Positions 8,711 through 17,482 of a stretch of 64,000 bases of DNA are shown here, piece after piece (the stretch's first letter is position 1; the number at the start of each line of letters is the position of its first letter). Where the stretch lies: the NCBI GenBank assembly GCA_963674865.2, contig CAXXYE010000009.1, positions 224,001 through 288,000 of the forward strand, in the 5' to 3' direction. The notes beneath the pieces were generated by a model that was not told where the DNA came from, searched no databases, and worked only from the letters and a program-made list of their open reading frames with translations. The translations under genes and the position numbers were made by a program. The stretch is from Candidatus Hydrogenedentota bacterium (GTDB lineage: Bacteria; Hydrogenedentota; Hydrogenedentia; Hydrogenedentales; SLHB01).

Positions 8711-10380
8711 TGTTCAGCAATCGGGCCAGACGGGTAGGGCGGTCCGTGACGCTGCAGGTCGTGCTCTTGTTGGGCGCGGCAGCTTTCGCGGCGCCGTTCG
8801 TTTGGCTCTTTGGGACGAGCTGCAAGACGGCGGATGAGATGTACCCGCCGCGATGGATACCGGAGGTGCCCGCAGGCAGAGCGGCATCGCCATACATCGA
8901 GTTACGCGAGAACGAGCGGCCGGAGTGTCCTGTGGGGGTGCGGAAGGCGGACTGGATCGAGTCGAAATCGGCGATTGAGGAGGCCATTGCCGCAAGAGTG
9001 TCGACTTTTCAGGACGAACTGCCTCCATTCTACGGACCTTATCTGCAAGAGACGGCCTTGGTCGAAGGCCTGTTCGGTAAATTCCTGCGACGGGCGCCCG
9101 AGACCGTGTTTGATGAGACGCCGGGGAGAGTAGCTGGATGGTTTGCGGAGCGTATAACGGCCAAGGACGTCGCCGAGGTCTTCGAGAGGGTCTACAGGCG
9201 GCTCTCGCTTTCGCAGGTGGCGTTCCACGGATGGGATGGGAGTGTCGAGTATCCGGAGATCTCAGAAGAGTATCCGTGGAAGGTGCTGGAAGGTCCGGCG
9301 GAGCTTGTAACGAGAAGAGAGGGACTGCTGAGGCCCGCGGAGGAGGTCCACTACGACTTCTCCAAGGGGGAAGCATTCTGCGTTCAAACGGTTCTGCCCC
9401 TCGATATGAATCCTGAGAACATGAAGAAGGTGGTGCTGGCGTGGCATTCGGACCGGACGTGGCACCGTGTGTGGGCATGCCTTGAGATCGCCGGTGAGAA
9501 ATGGAACGCGGCGCAGCCGGCTTTCACCGGAAGCGACCGATGGCAAGAGACGACCTGGCAGAGGCGCGGCAAGAATGACGACGTCGTCATGATGCGGCCG
9601 TGGTTGACGCTTGCGGCGGCAGGGGAGTCGGACTTCACGGAACCTGGATATGCGCGACTGACGTTGACATGCCTCCGGGCGTCGGGATGGGGGGCTGCCT
9701 GGAACAAGTATACGAATAACTACCGGGAAGTCTTGCGGCTCGTGCCTTTCGGGAGGTATGTCCGAAACAGTGCCATTTTGGTTGTCCTGAATGTACTTGG
9801 ACAGATTGTCGGGTCCTCTCTAGTGGCCTTCTCGTTTTCGCGACTTCGATGGCCCGGGAGGGATGCCTGCTTCTTGGTGGTGCTGGCTACGCTGATGATT
9901 CCGGCGCAGGTGACGATGATCCCCGTATTCCTGATATTCAAGAGCTTGGGGTGGTACAACACCCTCCGCCCGTTGTGGGTAGTCTCTTTCTGCGGCAGCG
10001 CCTTTTACATCTTCCTTCTCCGCCAGTTCATGAGGGGCATTCCGCGCGACCTGGAAGATAGCGCGCGGATCGATGGTTGCGGTTATTTTGGGATCTACGC
10101 GCGGATCATTGTGCCCTTGGTCAAACCCGCGCTCGCGGCCATCGGCATCTTCACGTTCATGGGGACGTGGAACGACTTCATGGGGCCGCTGATCTACCTG
10201 AATGACCAGAGGCTGTATCCACTCAGCTTGGGGCTCTTTGCGCTTCAGGTTTTCAAAGGAGCGAACTTCGGCCTTATGATGGCTGCCGCCGTAGTCATGA
10301 CGCTGCCTGTGGTCGTTGTATTCTTCGCGGCGCAGCGTCACTTCATCCAAGGGATAACCCTGACGGGGTTGAAAGGCTAA
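8710..10380 (+). CDS. Carbohydrate ABC transporter permease (MalG-like) with a large extracytoplasmic insertion
   Basis: TM1, about 290 aa of soluble sequence, then FSRLRWPGR, IPRDLEDSARIDG, WNDFMGPLIYL and QRHFIQGI. Its ATG overlaps the upstream TGA. Confidence 0.88.
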   Translation: MFSNRARRVGRSVTLQVVLLLGAAAFAAPFVWLFGTSCKTADEMYPPRWIPEVPAGRAASPYIELRENERPECPVGVRKADWIESKSAIEEAIAARVSTFQDELPPFYGPYLQETALVEGLFGKFLRRAPETVFDETPGRVAGWFAERITAKDVAEVFERVYRRLSLSQVAFHGWDGSVEYPEISEEYPWKVLEGPAELVTRREGLLRPAEEVHYDFSKGEAFCVQTVLPLDMNPENMKKVVLAWHSDRTWHRVWACLEIAGEKWNAAQPAFTGSDRWQETTWQRRGKNDDVVMMRPWLTLAAAGESDFTEPGYARLTLTCLRASGWGAAWNKYTNNYREVLRLVPFGRYVRNSAILVVLNVLGQIVGSSLVAFSFSRLRWPGRDACFLVVLATLMIPAQVTMIPVFLIFKSLGWYNTLRPLWVVSFCGSAFYIFLLRQFMRGIPRDLEDSARIDGCGYFGIYARIIVPLVKPALAAIGIFTFMGTWNDFMGPLIYLNDQRLYPLSLGLFALQVFKGANFGLMMAAAVVMTLPVVVVFFAAQRHFIQGITLTGLKG

Positions 10381-10386
10381 CCGCTG

Positions 10387-10402
10387 CGTTCCACGTGGAA
10401 CG
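10387..10402. promoter_or_regulatory. parS-type centromere site
   Basis: Perfect 16-bp palindrome CGTTCCACGTGGAACG matching the parS consensus TGTTNCACGTGAAACA; intergenic, next to rsmG. Confidence 0.8.
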
Positions 10403-10414
10403 GAATCTCTTCGC

Positions 10415-11035
10415 TCACCTCCGCGAGATCACGTGGAGTTCGCCCCGCCTCAGCCCTGCCCGGGTCCAAGCATCTTCGATACGTTCCACGTGGAACCCTT
10501 CCGGTAGGGCCGGGAGTTCAGCCCACTGGCATAGGTAGTGGCTGCCTGGAGGCAGGAAGGCAAGGATCCGGGGTACGAGCCGCTCCGGCCGTTCAACTGC
10601 ACGGGCTACGATAGCTTGGGGAGCGACCTCGCTTAGACCTTCTGGAAAGTTGGCATGAAGGATCCTCACATCCTTCAAGCCAAGATGGGCTACCGCCTTT
10701 CTTAAGAAGGCGACTTTCCGGCTGGAACGCTCAACGAGCAGCACCGGCACATGCGGCAGCGCAATCTTCAAGGGAATGGCAGGCAGCCCCCCGCCGCTGC
10801 CGATGTCGAATAGGAGCCCCCCCCCTTCGCAGAGTCTGCCAACAAGCCTCGCCAGGCTACACGCATCGGGGAAGTGGATGGTCTCCACGTCACGAATATC
10901 CCCCGCGGATAGGAGCGAAGCCGTGACGTTCCACTCACGAAGCAAGGCCGCGTAGCGGTCCAGCGAAGCGCTGAAGACTTCCGGTATGCAGATCCCGTCA
11001 GCCTCCAGAAGGCTGGCGATTTTCGTATAATTCAT
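10415..11035 (-). CDS. rsmG: 16S rRNA m7G527 methyltransferase RsmG (GidB)
   Basis: LLREWN..., HFPDAC, DIGSGGGLPAIPLKI, RKVAFL and ARAV motifs. Start placed at ATG 11035. Confidence 0.88.
   Translation of the reverse strand: MNYTKIASLLEADGICIPEVFSASLDRYAALLREWNVTASLLSAGDIRDVETIHFPDACSLARLVGRLCEGGGLLFDIGSGGGLPAIPLKIALPHVPVLLVERSSRKVAFLRKAVAHLGLKDVRILHANFPEGLSEVAPQAIVARAVERPERLVPRILAFLPPGSHYLCQWAELPALPEGFHVERIEDAWTRAGLRRGELHVISRR
10482..10497. promoter_or_regulatory. Second parS-type site, inside rsmG
   Basis: CGTTCCACGTGGAACC, 15/16 identical to the first site. Confidence 0.75.
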
Positions 11036-11101
11036 AGTAGCTACAATGTCCTTGTGCCTGGTACATCCCGAAGCGGCTTGTTTGCCGATCTCTGGGCCAA
11101 G

Positions 11102-11130
11102 TTGACTTGACGCCGAACCTATGTTATTTT
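11102..11130 (+). promoter_or_regulatory. Sigma70-type promoter of the apgM-like gene
   Basis: TTGACT-N17-TATTTT with a TG extension. Confidence 0.5.
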
Positions 11131-11173
11131 CTCGCAATCATACCCGAATACTCTCAATTCCCGGAGTATACCC

Positions 11174-12406
11174 GTGAAGTATCTCGTTCTGGTAGGGGAC
11201 GGCATGGCCGATTTCCCCCTCGATAGGCACGACAATGCGACGCCCCTTGAACTGGCTCCCACGCCGGCCATGGACGAAATCGTGCGTCGAGGCGCGCTGG
11301 GTCTTTACTCGCCGATTCCGGAGGCATGCCCGCCGGGCAGCGATATCGGGAACCTCTCCCTGCTTGGGTATGATCCGGCCCAAGCGTACACCGGCCGGGC
11401 GCCGCTCGAGGCCGCCAGTCAACATATCACGCTAGGCGACGACGAAGTCGCGTTCCGCTGCAATCTCGTCACGCTCGATGATGGTGTCATGAGGGACTTC
11501 ACGTCCGGGCACATCTCAAGTGAAGAGGCTGCAGAGCTGATCGCCAGTCTGAACGATGCCTTCGGCGACCAGCCCATCCGCTTCCACGCTGGCGTCAGCT
11601 ACCGTCATCTTGCGGTCGTCACCACGACACCCGCGTCGATGCCGGGACTTCTCAGCCTTTCTTGTACGCCGCCACACGATATCACAGGCCGCCCCTATGC
11701 GGATTATCTCCCGCAAGGCGACGGTTCTGCGGAGATCCGCGATTTCATGGAGCGCTCGTGCGCGCCCTTGGCCGCACACGCCGTCACTGCGGGGCGCCTC
11801 GCCGCCGGAAAACTCCCCGCTACGAGCATCTGGCTCTGGGGCCAGGGCCGTCCCCCGTCTATCGAGCCCTACCCCCAGCGCTTCGGGCTCTCCGGTGTCG
11901 CCATCTCGGCGGTAGACCTTGTTCGCGGACTCGGCATTTGTGCAGGCTTCGATGCCGTTGAGGTGCCTGGCGCCACGGGCTATCTGGATACCAACTACGA
12001 AGGCAAGACGCAGGCCGCCGCCAAGGCGCTTGAGACCGTAGATTTTGTCTACCTACACGTCGAAGCCCCCGATGAAGCCGCTCACGAAGGCCGGGTGGAC
12101 CTGAAGGTCCAGGCCATCACGGACTTCGACGCGCGCGTGGTGGCCCCTTGTCTCGACTACGCCTTTTCGCGCGGAGACGTGCGCATCCTTGTCGCACCGG
12201 ACCACGTCACTTCGATCGCGTCGCGAACCCATGCCGGCGGCCCGGTGCCCTTCGCCATGTCGGGCCCGGGCATCGAGCACAACGGCGGCATGTGCTTTAC
12301 GGAGCGTGCCGCGGCGGCCACCGGATTGTCTTTTGCCGCGGGCCACGAATTGATGCCTTTCTTCCTCGGAGCGGCTGCGTCCGCTTCGTCGGGTGCCCGT
12401 ACATAA
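11174..12406 (+). CDS. apgM: Cofactor-independent phosphoglycerate mutase, archaeal type (ApgM / proposed homoserine kinase family)
   Basis: MKYLVLVGDGMAD, PGSDIGNLSLLGY, GRAPLEAA, HVEAPDEAAHEG and PDH motifs. Confidence 0.85.
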   Translation: MKYLVLVGDGMADFPLDRHDNATPLELAPTPAMDEIVRRGALGLYSPIPEACPPGSDIGNLSLLGYDPAQAYTGRAPLEAASQHITLGDDEVAFRCNLVTLDDGVMRDFTSGHISSEEAAELIASLNDAFGDQPIRFHAGVSYRHLAVVTTTPASMPGLLSLSCTPPHDITGRPYADYLPQGDGSAEIRDFMERSCAPLAAHAVTAGRLAAGKLPATSIWLWGQGRPPSIEPYPQRFGLSGVAISAVDLVRGLGICAGFDAVEVPGATGYLDTNYEGKTQAAAKALETVDFVYLHVEAPDEAAHEGRVDLKVQAITDFDARVVAPCLDYAFSRGDVRILVAPDHVTSIASRTHAGGPVPFAMSGPGIEHNGGMCFTERAAAATGLSFAAGHELMPFFLGAAASASSGART

Positions 12407-12459
12407 TGCCCGCGAGTGCGCATCACCTGCGGTATGGTTAAGCAAGGGAGGTCCACCAG

Positions 12460-14046
12460 GTGTCTCAACGAGTCGAAATCTACGATGTGACGCTCCGAGA
12501 CGGCGCGCAAGGCCCGCGGGTGAAGTTCTCGTCGGACGACCAGATCCGTATCGTCCAGGCCCTCGACCAATTCGGGGCTTCCTATATCGAAGGAGGCCAG
12601 CCGGGCTCAAATCCAAAGGCCGTCGAGTTGTTTGCTCGCGCCCGCGACCTCGACCTGAAGAACGCCAAGATGTCCGCCTTCGGCAGCACACGGCACTCCA
12701 AAGCGGCGGTCGATGAAGATCCCAATATCCAGGCGCTGTTAAGCGCCGGGACGGAGGTCGTGGCGATTTTCGCGAAGTCCTCCCCCACGCACGTCAAAGA
12801 GGTGCTGCGGGTGAGTCTCGATGAGAATCTGGCCATCATCGAGGAAAGCGTCGCCTACCTGAAATCGCAGAAGCGGCGCGTCTTTCTGGATGCCGAGCAT
12901 TTCTTCGACGCCTACGTCGAGGACTCCGTCTACGCGCTGGCGACGCTCGAGCGCGCTTGGCAAGCCGGGGCCGAGGTGCTCGTTCTCTGTGAGACAAACG
13001 GTGGGCGCCTCCCCTGGGAGGTCGCCGATATGACAAGGGCCGTCAGGGAGCATCTGCCTGATGCCAAACTCGGTATCCATACCCACAATGATTCCGGTTG
13101 CGGCGTGGCCAACACCGTCAGCGCTGTCCAAGCGGGCGCTACCCAGGTGCAAGGCACTGTAAACGGCTACGGCGAACGCACCGGCAACGCCAACCTGTGT
13201 ACCGTCATTCCCAATATGCAGCTCAAGATGGGCATGGACGTCGTAACGCCCGAGCAACTGGCCTCCCTCACGCACCTTTCCCACCTCGTCGCCGAGCTGG
13301 CGAATATGGTGCCGCGCGATTCCGAGCCTTTTGTCGGGCGCGATGCATTCACCCACAAGGGTGGTATGCATGCCGACGCCGTGCGGAAGCTCAAGACCAG
13401 CTACGAGCATGTCCAGCCGGAACTCGTCGGGAACCACACAAGCATCGCCGTGAGCGAGCTTTCCGGGCGCGCCAGTTTGCTCCAGAAGGCGGCCGAGCTG
13501 GGCTTCCACCTGGATCGCGCCAATCCAAGGACGCGTCAGATCGTTCAGCGCGTCAAGGAACTTGAGAACGAAGGCTACGAGTTCGAAGGGGCCGATGCGT
13601 CCCTTGAACTGATTCTGCGCAAGGCCACCGGCGAGTATCGGACCTTCTTCACGCTTCGTGGTTTCCACACCAGTGTCGAGCGCCGCGGCGCCGACGGCGC
13701 CGCCGTGTCGGAAGCAACGGTGAAAGTGGACCTGCCCGACGGCGCCAGCATGCACACCGCTGCCGAGGGCGAGGGCCCCGTCGACGCCCTGAATAGGGCC
13801 CTGCGCAAGGCTCTTGGAACAACCTATCCCGAGCTTCAGAACGTGCACCTCGAAGACTACAAGGTGCGTATCCTCGATGGGCGCGCCGGCACGCGAGCCA
13901 AGACGCGCGTTCTGATCGAGTCGACGGACGGCGAGGAGTCGTGGGACACCGTGGGCGTATCGGAGAACATCATCACCGCGTCCTACGAGGCCCTTGTGGA
14001 CAGCATCGAGTACAAACTCCTGCGTGCAAGAGGGCACGAGGAGTAG
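12460..14046 (+). CDS. cimA: Citramalate synthase
   Basis: YDVTLRDGAQ, GGQPGSNPK, DAEHFFD, HTHND, GYGERTGNANL and HKGGMH motifs, plus a regulatory domain with DYKVRIL. Confidence 0.9.
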   Translation: MSQRVEIYDVTLRDGAQGPRVKFSSDDQIRIVQALDQFGASYIEGGQPGSNPKAVELFARARDLDLKNAKMSAFGSTRHSKAAVDEDPNIQALLSAGTEVVAIFAKSSPTHVKEVLRVSLDENLAIIEESVAYLKSQKRRVFLDAEHFFDAYVEDSVYALATLERAWQAGAEVLVLCETNGGRLPWEVADMTRAVREHLPDAKLGIHTHNDSGCGVANTVSAVQAGATQVQGTVNGYGERTGNANLCTVIPNMQLKMGMDVVTPEQLASLTHLSHLVAELANMVPRDSEPFVGRDAFTHKGGMHADAVRKLKTSYEHVQPELVGNHTSIAVSELSGRASLLQKAAELGFHLDRANPRTRQIVQRVKELENEGYEFEGADASLELILRKATGEYRTFFTLRGFHTSVERRGADGAAVSEATVKVDLPDGASMHTAAEGEGPVDALNRALRKALGTTYPELQNVHLEDYKVRILDGRAGTRAKTRVLIESTDGEESWDTVGVSENIITASYEALVDSIEYKLLRARGHEE

Positions 14047-14119
14047 GGAGGCCTGTCTTTCCTCATTGTCTCTGAATCGGTGGCCGTGCCGGGCGCGGGC
14101 TTCAAGGTGGGACTGAGTT

Positions 14120-15025
14120 CTACCGCTCCGGTTTGCTCGCAATGGCCGCCAGTGTGACGCCGAAGGGGAAGTTCACGGCTGAGACGGCCTTCGCTTCCGC
14201 CCATAGGATTCCTTTCAACAGCGCGTTAAACCATGTCGGCGGCATGGCGTATTCCTTGAAGGCCGCTTCGCGGCCTGCCTTGTCGGCAAGGAAACGCCGA
14301 TTGGCCTGGCGGATGACGAGCGCCGGCAGATACAACGTGGGCAGCAGTAAGGTCGTTCGCTCCGTTACGAAGCCGGCTGCGTCGAGCTTCGCAAGCAGCT
14401 CACGGCGGCGATATCTCCTTCGGTGTCCCTGGATCTCGTCGCAGCGGCTCCACAAGGCCGGCCCCGCAGGCACAAAGACGGCTAGGCGGCCGCCGGGCAC
14501 AAGCACGCGCCATGCCTCACGTATCGCCTCGACATCATCATCCACGTGTTCGTAAACGTCCAGGGCCAGGGCCAAGTCGAATTGCTCTTCAGCGAAGGGA
14601 AGACATTGGGCGTATCCCCCAAACAGCCGCCCGATGCCCCTCTTGCGGGCCAGTTCAAGCGGCTGAGGCGCTGCCTCGACGCCAACAACCTCCGCGCCCG
14701 CTGCCTTCAGCCGCTCCAATACGTAGCCCGTTCCGCAGCCAATGTCAAGAATCCTTAACGTCTGGTTCGCGTTAAGCCCAGGCCGGAGTAGGGCCATCAG
14801 GGCGCAACGCCTACCCCAGTAAAGGAAATAGCCGTGGTTCTCCTTGGCGTATTGGACCTCATAGAGCGACGAAGGGAAGTCCTGCTCGAGCCGGCCAAGA
14901 TACAGCGGAATGTCTCCGGTTGAAGCCCACGCGGCGCCGCAGCCGGCGCAGTGACATGGGGAAACTGATGACAGAGGGCTTCCGCACTCCACACACTGCA
15001 ACCGTGGCCAATCTGACGGAGGCAC
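14120..15025 (-). CDS. Class I SAM-dependent methyltransferase with an N-terminal Cys-rich segment
   Basis: ILDIGCGTG, LDVYEHV, RVLVPGG and HRRRY motifs; this type is common in surface-glycan loci. Confidence 0.85.
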   Translation of the reverse strand: MPPSDWPRLQCVECGSPLSSVSPCHCAGCGAAWASTGDIPLYLGRLEQDFPSSLYEVQYAKENHGYFLYWGRRCALMALLRPGLNANQTLRILDIGCGTGYVLERLKAAGAEVVGVEAAPQPLELARKRGIGRLFGGYAQCLPFAEEQFDLALALDVYEHVDDDVEAIREAWRVLVPGGRLAVFVPAGPALWSRCDEIQGHRRRYRRRELLAKLDAAGFVTERTTLLLPTLYLPALVIRQANRRFLADKAGREAAFKEYAMPPTWFNALLKGILWAEAKAVSAVNFPFGVTLAAIASKPER

Positions 15026-15157
15026 AGCTAACCGCTCCTTGCTAACTCAGTTGTGGGAAGGACGCGGCGCAAGCCTAGCAGGTGAGGACGGGCTACATCA
15101 AAACATCTGTGGTATTCGAGGTGAGTTCTTGGAAGGAGCAGGCGGAGGGAAGGAGAC

Positions 15158-15198
15158 AAAAAAGAAGAGCAAGCATGTCTTACGACATTCTTGCCCTT
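15158..15198 (-). terminator. Rho-independent terminator of the 153-aa secreted protein gene
   Basis: Minus strand stem AAGGGCAAGaATGTC-GTAA-GACATgCTTGCTCTT (GNRA loop) followed by CTTTTTT. Confidence 0.8.
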
Positions 15199-15235
15199 GT
15201 AGTTACTTAAGCGAATTCTACCTTTTCGCTGCTAT

Positions 15236-15697
15236 TTAGACGCCAGCCGGCAACAAATAGCCATAGATCTTGTTCAGCTGACCTTCGATCAGGCGACCTT
15301 GGATGTCGGTCGCGGCACCATCCGGCCACGACAGCGTGCACGAGCCCTTCGGGCTAGCCGTGTCGCAGTTCGGGACCGCAGCACCAGCACCCTCAAGTGC
15401 GGGATCGTTGGCGCCCGGGCGGAACCCGATAGCCGTGCTGGCCTCCAGGAGGAACGTGTTACCGTCCGTCTCCGTCCAGCCGTCGTTCGACGTGCCATCA
15501 GCCGAGGTGTACGCAATCGTCACCACGATGTCACTACCCGTCGTGTTCTTGACCGTAATGAAGGTTTTCTCCAATGTGGTCGGCGGCCACGTAGCGTCAG
15601 CCGCGCCGCGATCCAAGAACCACGGGACGTTCAGCGACGCGGCGAAAGCCGTGCCACCAACAGCAAGAATAGCAGCTACAACAATAAGCTTCTTCAT
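15236..15697 (-). CDS. Secreted 153-aa hypothetical protein, beta-rich
   Basis: Sec signal MKKLIVVAAILAVGGTAFA|A; very strong SD AAAGGAGGTG; its own promoter and terminator. Confidence 0.85.
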   Translation of the reverse strand: MKKLIVVAAILAVGGTAFAASLNVPWFLDRGAADATWPPTTLEKTFITVKNTTGSDIVVTIAYTSADGTSNDGWTETDGNTFLLEASTAIGFRPGANDPALEGAGAAVPNCDTASPKGSCTLSWPDGAATDIQGRLIEGQLNKIYGYLLPAGV

Positions 15698-15902
15698 CTA
15701 CTAACACCTCCTTTCCCTCTAGAGACTGCAAACCAGGCTTCAGGGAAGCCAATCAAGGAGCGCGTCCTACGAAGCCGCGCACCAAGACCAAATAATATCT
15801 TTTTCTATATTGTCTTCGTTCCGTGCAGCCGTGTACGTCCGTTCCCTCTCTCGCCTCCCCTGAAGACTCCGCGTCCCCATCTGGGACGCCATCTTTGATT
15901 TA

Positions 15903-15931
15903 ACCTTAGCACAATGCTGCGAATCTGTCAA
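15903..15931 (-). promoter_or_regulatory. Strong sigma70-type promoter about 200 nt upstream of the secreted protein gene
   Basis: Minus strand TTGACA-N17-TAAGGT with a TG extension. Confidence 0.7.
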
Positions 15932-16166
15932 TACCCTTTTTTTCTCGCAGAATGTGATGGCTTCTTTCCGGCAGAACTTGGTGCTTTGCGCAGGGCCGGC
16001 TCCGAATGTCGGCTCTTGCTGACATTATTCGACTGATGCTTATGGTTCACGGGTGGTCTTCTGCTGGACGATGTCCATCTTGTCTGGTAGACTCCGCCTT
16101 CGTATCGAGGAGGCGGGGCGGCGCCGCAGGCAGCGCCGGATCACGTATTATGAGGAAGATAGGTCC

Positions 16167-17426
16167 ATGACAGGCAGCGCATGGCTGCGAGCTTTCACCA
16201 TTGTACTCGTATGCTATGGGTTGGCAGCACGCGGCGATGTCCCCGCGCCCGACCAGGGCGGCGCCGACGAGGCCGGGGCAGCTCAGGATGTTCTCTCGCC
16301 CGAACAACGGGAGCAGATCGAGCAACTCGAGGCCATTGGCTATCTCGCCGGATCACGGCAGGCGCCCGTCCGGGAGAATGTCGTTGCGTACAAGCGGGAA
16401 CTGGCCTATCCGGGTATCAATCTGTTCACGTCCGGCCATGCGCCTGAGGCGGTGCTTATGGATATGGACGGCCGCGTGCTTCATACGTGGCGCCGGTCCT
16501 TCCACGATGTCTGGCCCGATCAACCAGAGCCCGAGTCGGGCCGCGGCGAGCGGTGGCGTCGTGCTTATCTCTACGAAAATGGCGATGTATTGGCTGTCTT
16601 CGAGGGCGCGGGCCTTATCAAGGTCGATAAGGACTCGAATCTGCTCTGGGCCTATTCGGGCCACGCCCACCACGACCTCGAGGTTCTTCCCTCGGGCACT
16701 ATCTACGTCCTAACGCGCAAAGCGCATATGATCCCGCACATCCACTTCACGAAGCCGGTGCTTGAAGACTTCATCACGGTGCTGTCGCCGGATGGGGAGG
16801 AGCTGCGCTCCGTATCGATTCTGGAGGCCTTCGAGCGGGCCGGTCTCGGTTTGGAGCTAGCGGATCGGATCCGCGATGCCGGCGACATCTTCCACACGAA
16901 CACGCTCGAGTGGTTTGACGGTTCCCGCGCCAATCATTCCCCGCTGTACCGCCGGGGCAACGTGCTGATCTCTCTCAAGGTGCCCAATATGGTCGCTATT
17001 GTCGATATGGATGCTGAACGCGTCGTTTGGTACACCACCGGGCCTTGGGTGCGGCAGCATCAGCCCGTCCTGCTCGACAACGGCAATATGCTGCTCTTCG
17101 ATAACAACAGCTTCCAAGACTACTCCAAGGTAATCGAGTTCGAACCGCTCACCGGACAGGTTGTCTGGACTTACGTCGGCTCGCCCCCCTCCTCCTTCTA
17201 CACGGAGATGTGTGGATCGAACCAACTGCTGCCCAATGGAAACGTGCTGATCACGGAAACAGAGGGTGGCCGCGCCTTTGAGGTGACGCGTGAGGGAGAG
17301 ATCGTTTGGGAGTACGTGAATCCTTACCGCACGGGCGAGAACGACGAGCAGATCGCGTATATCTTCGAAATGATTCGCCTACGGTTGGATTTCCCCGTAA
17401 GCTGGGCCGCCCCCCCAAGCCCCTAA
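16167..17426 (+). CDS. Arylsulfotransferase (ASST-like) beta-propeller protein, secreted
   Basis: Signal peptide after ATG 16167 (GAGGAAG RBS); HHDL, DIFHTNTL, QHQP...LLFDN and GSNQLLPNGNVLITE motifs. Confidence 0.8.
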   Translation: MTGSAWLRAFTIVLVCYGLAARGDVPAPDQGGADEAGAAQDVLSPEQREQIEQLEAIGYLAGSRQAPVRENVVAYKRELAYPGINLFTSGHAPEAVLMDMDGRVLHTWRRSFHDVWPDQPEPESGRGERWRRAYLYENGDVLAVFEGAGLIKVDKDSNLLWAYSGHAHHDLEVLPSGTIYVLTRKAHMIPHIHFTKPVLEDFITVLSPDGEELRSVSILEAFERAGLGLELADRIRDAGDIFHTNTLEWFDGSRANHSPLYRRGNVLISLKVPNMVAIVDMDAERVVWYTTGPWVRQHQPVLLDNGNMLLFDNNSFQDYSKVIEFEPLTGQVVWTYVGSPPSSFYTEMCGSNQLLPNGNVLITETEGGRAFEVTREGEIVWEYVNPYRTGENDEQIAYIFEMIRLRLDFPVSWAAPPSP

Positions 17427-17482
17427 GAAGTCCGAGCCGGCATCTGATCCTTGAGCGAAGGGGCCACCGCCCGTTATCCCGG

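Noticed and set aside
11020..11047. dif-like site TTTTCGTATAA-TTCATA-GTAGCTACAAT near the skew switch
   Set aside because: The XerC-like arm is good, but the XerD-like arm matches only 6/11 of TTATGTTAAAT and the site overlaps the rsmG start. Too weak without a genome-wide scan.
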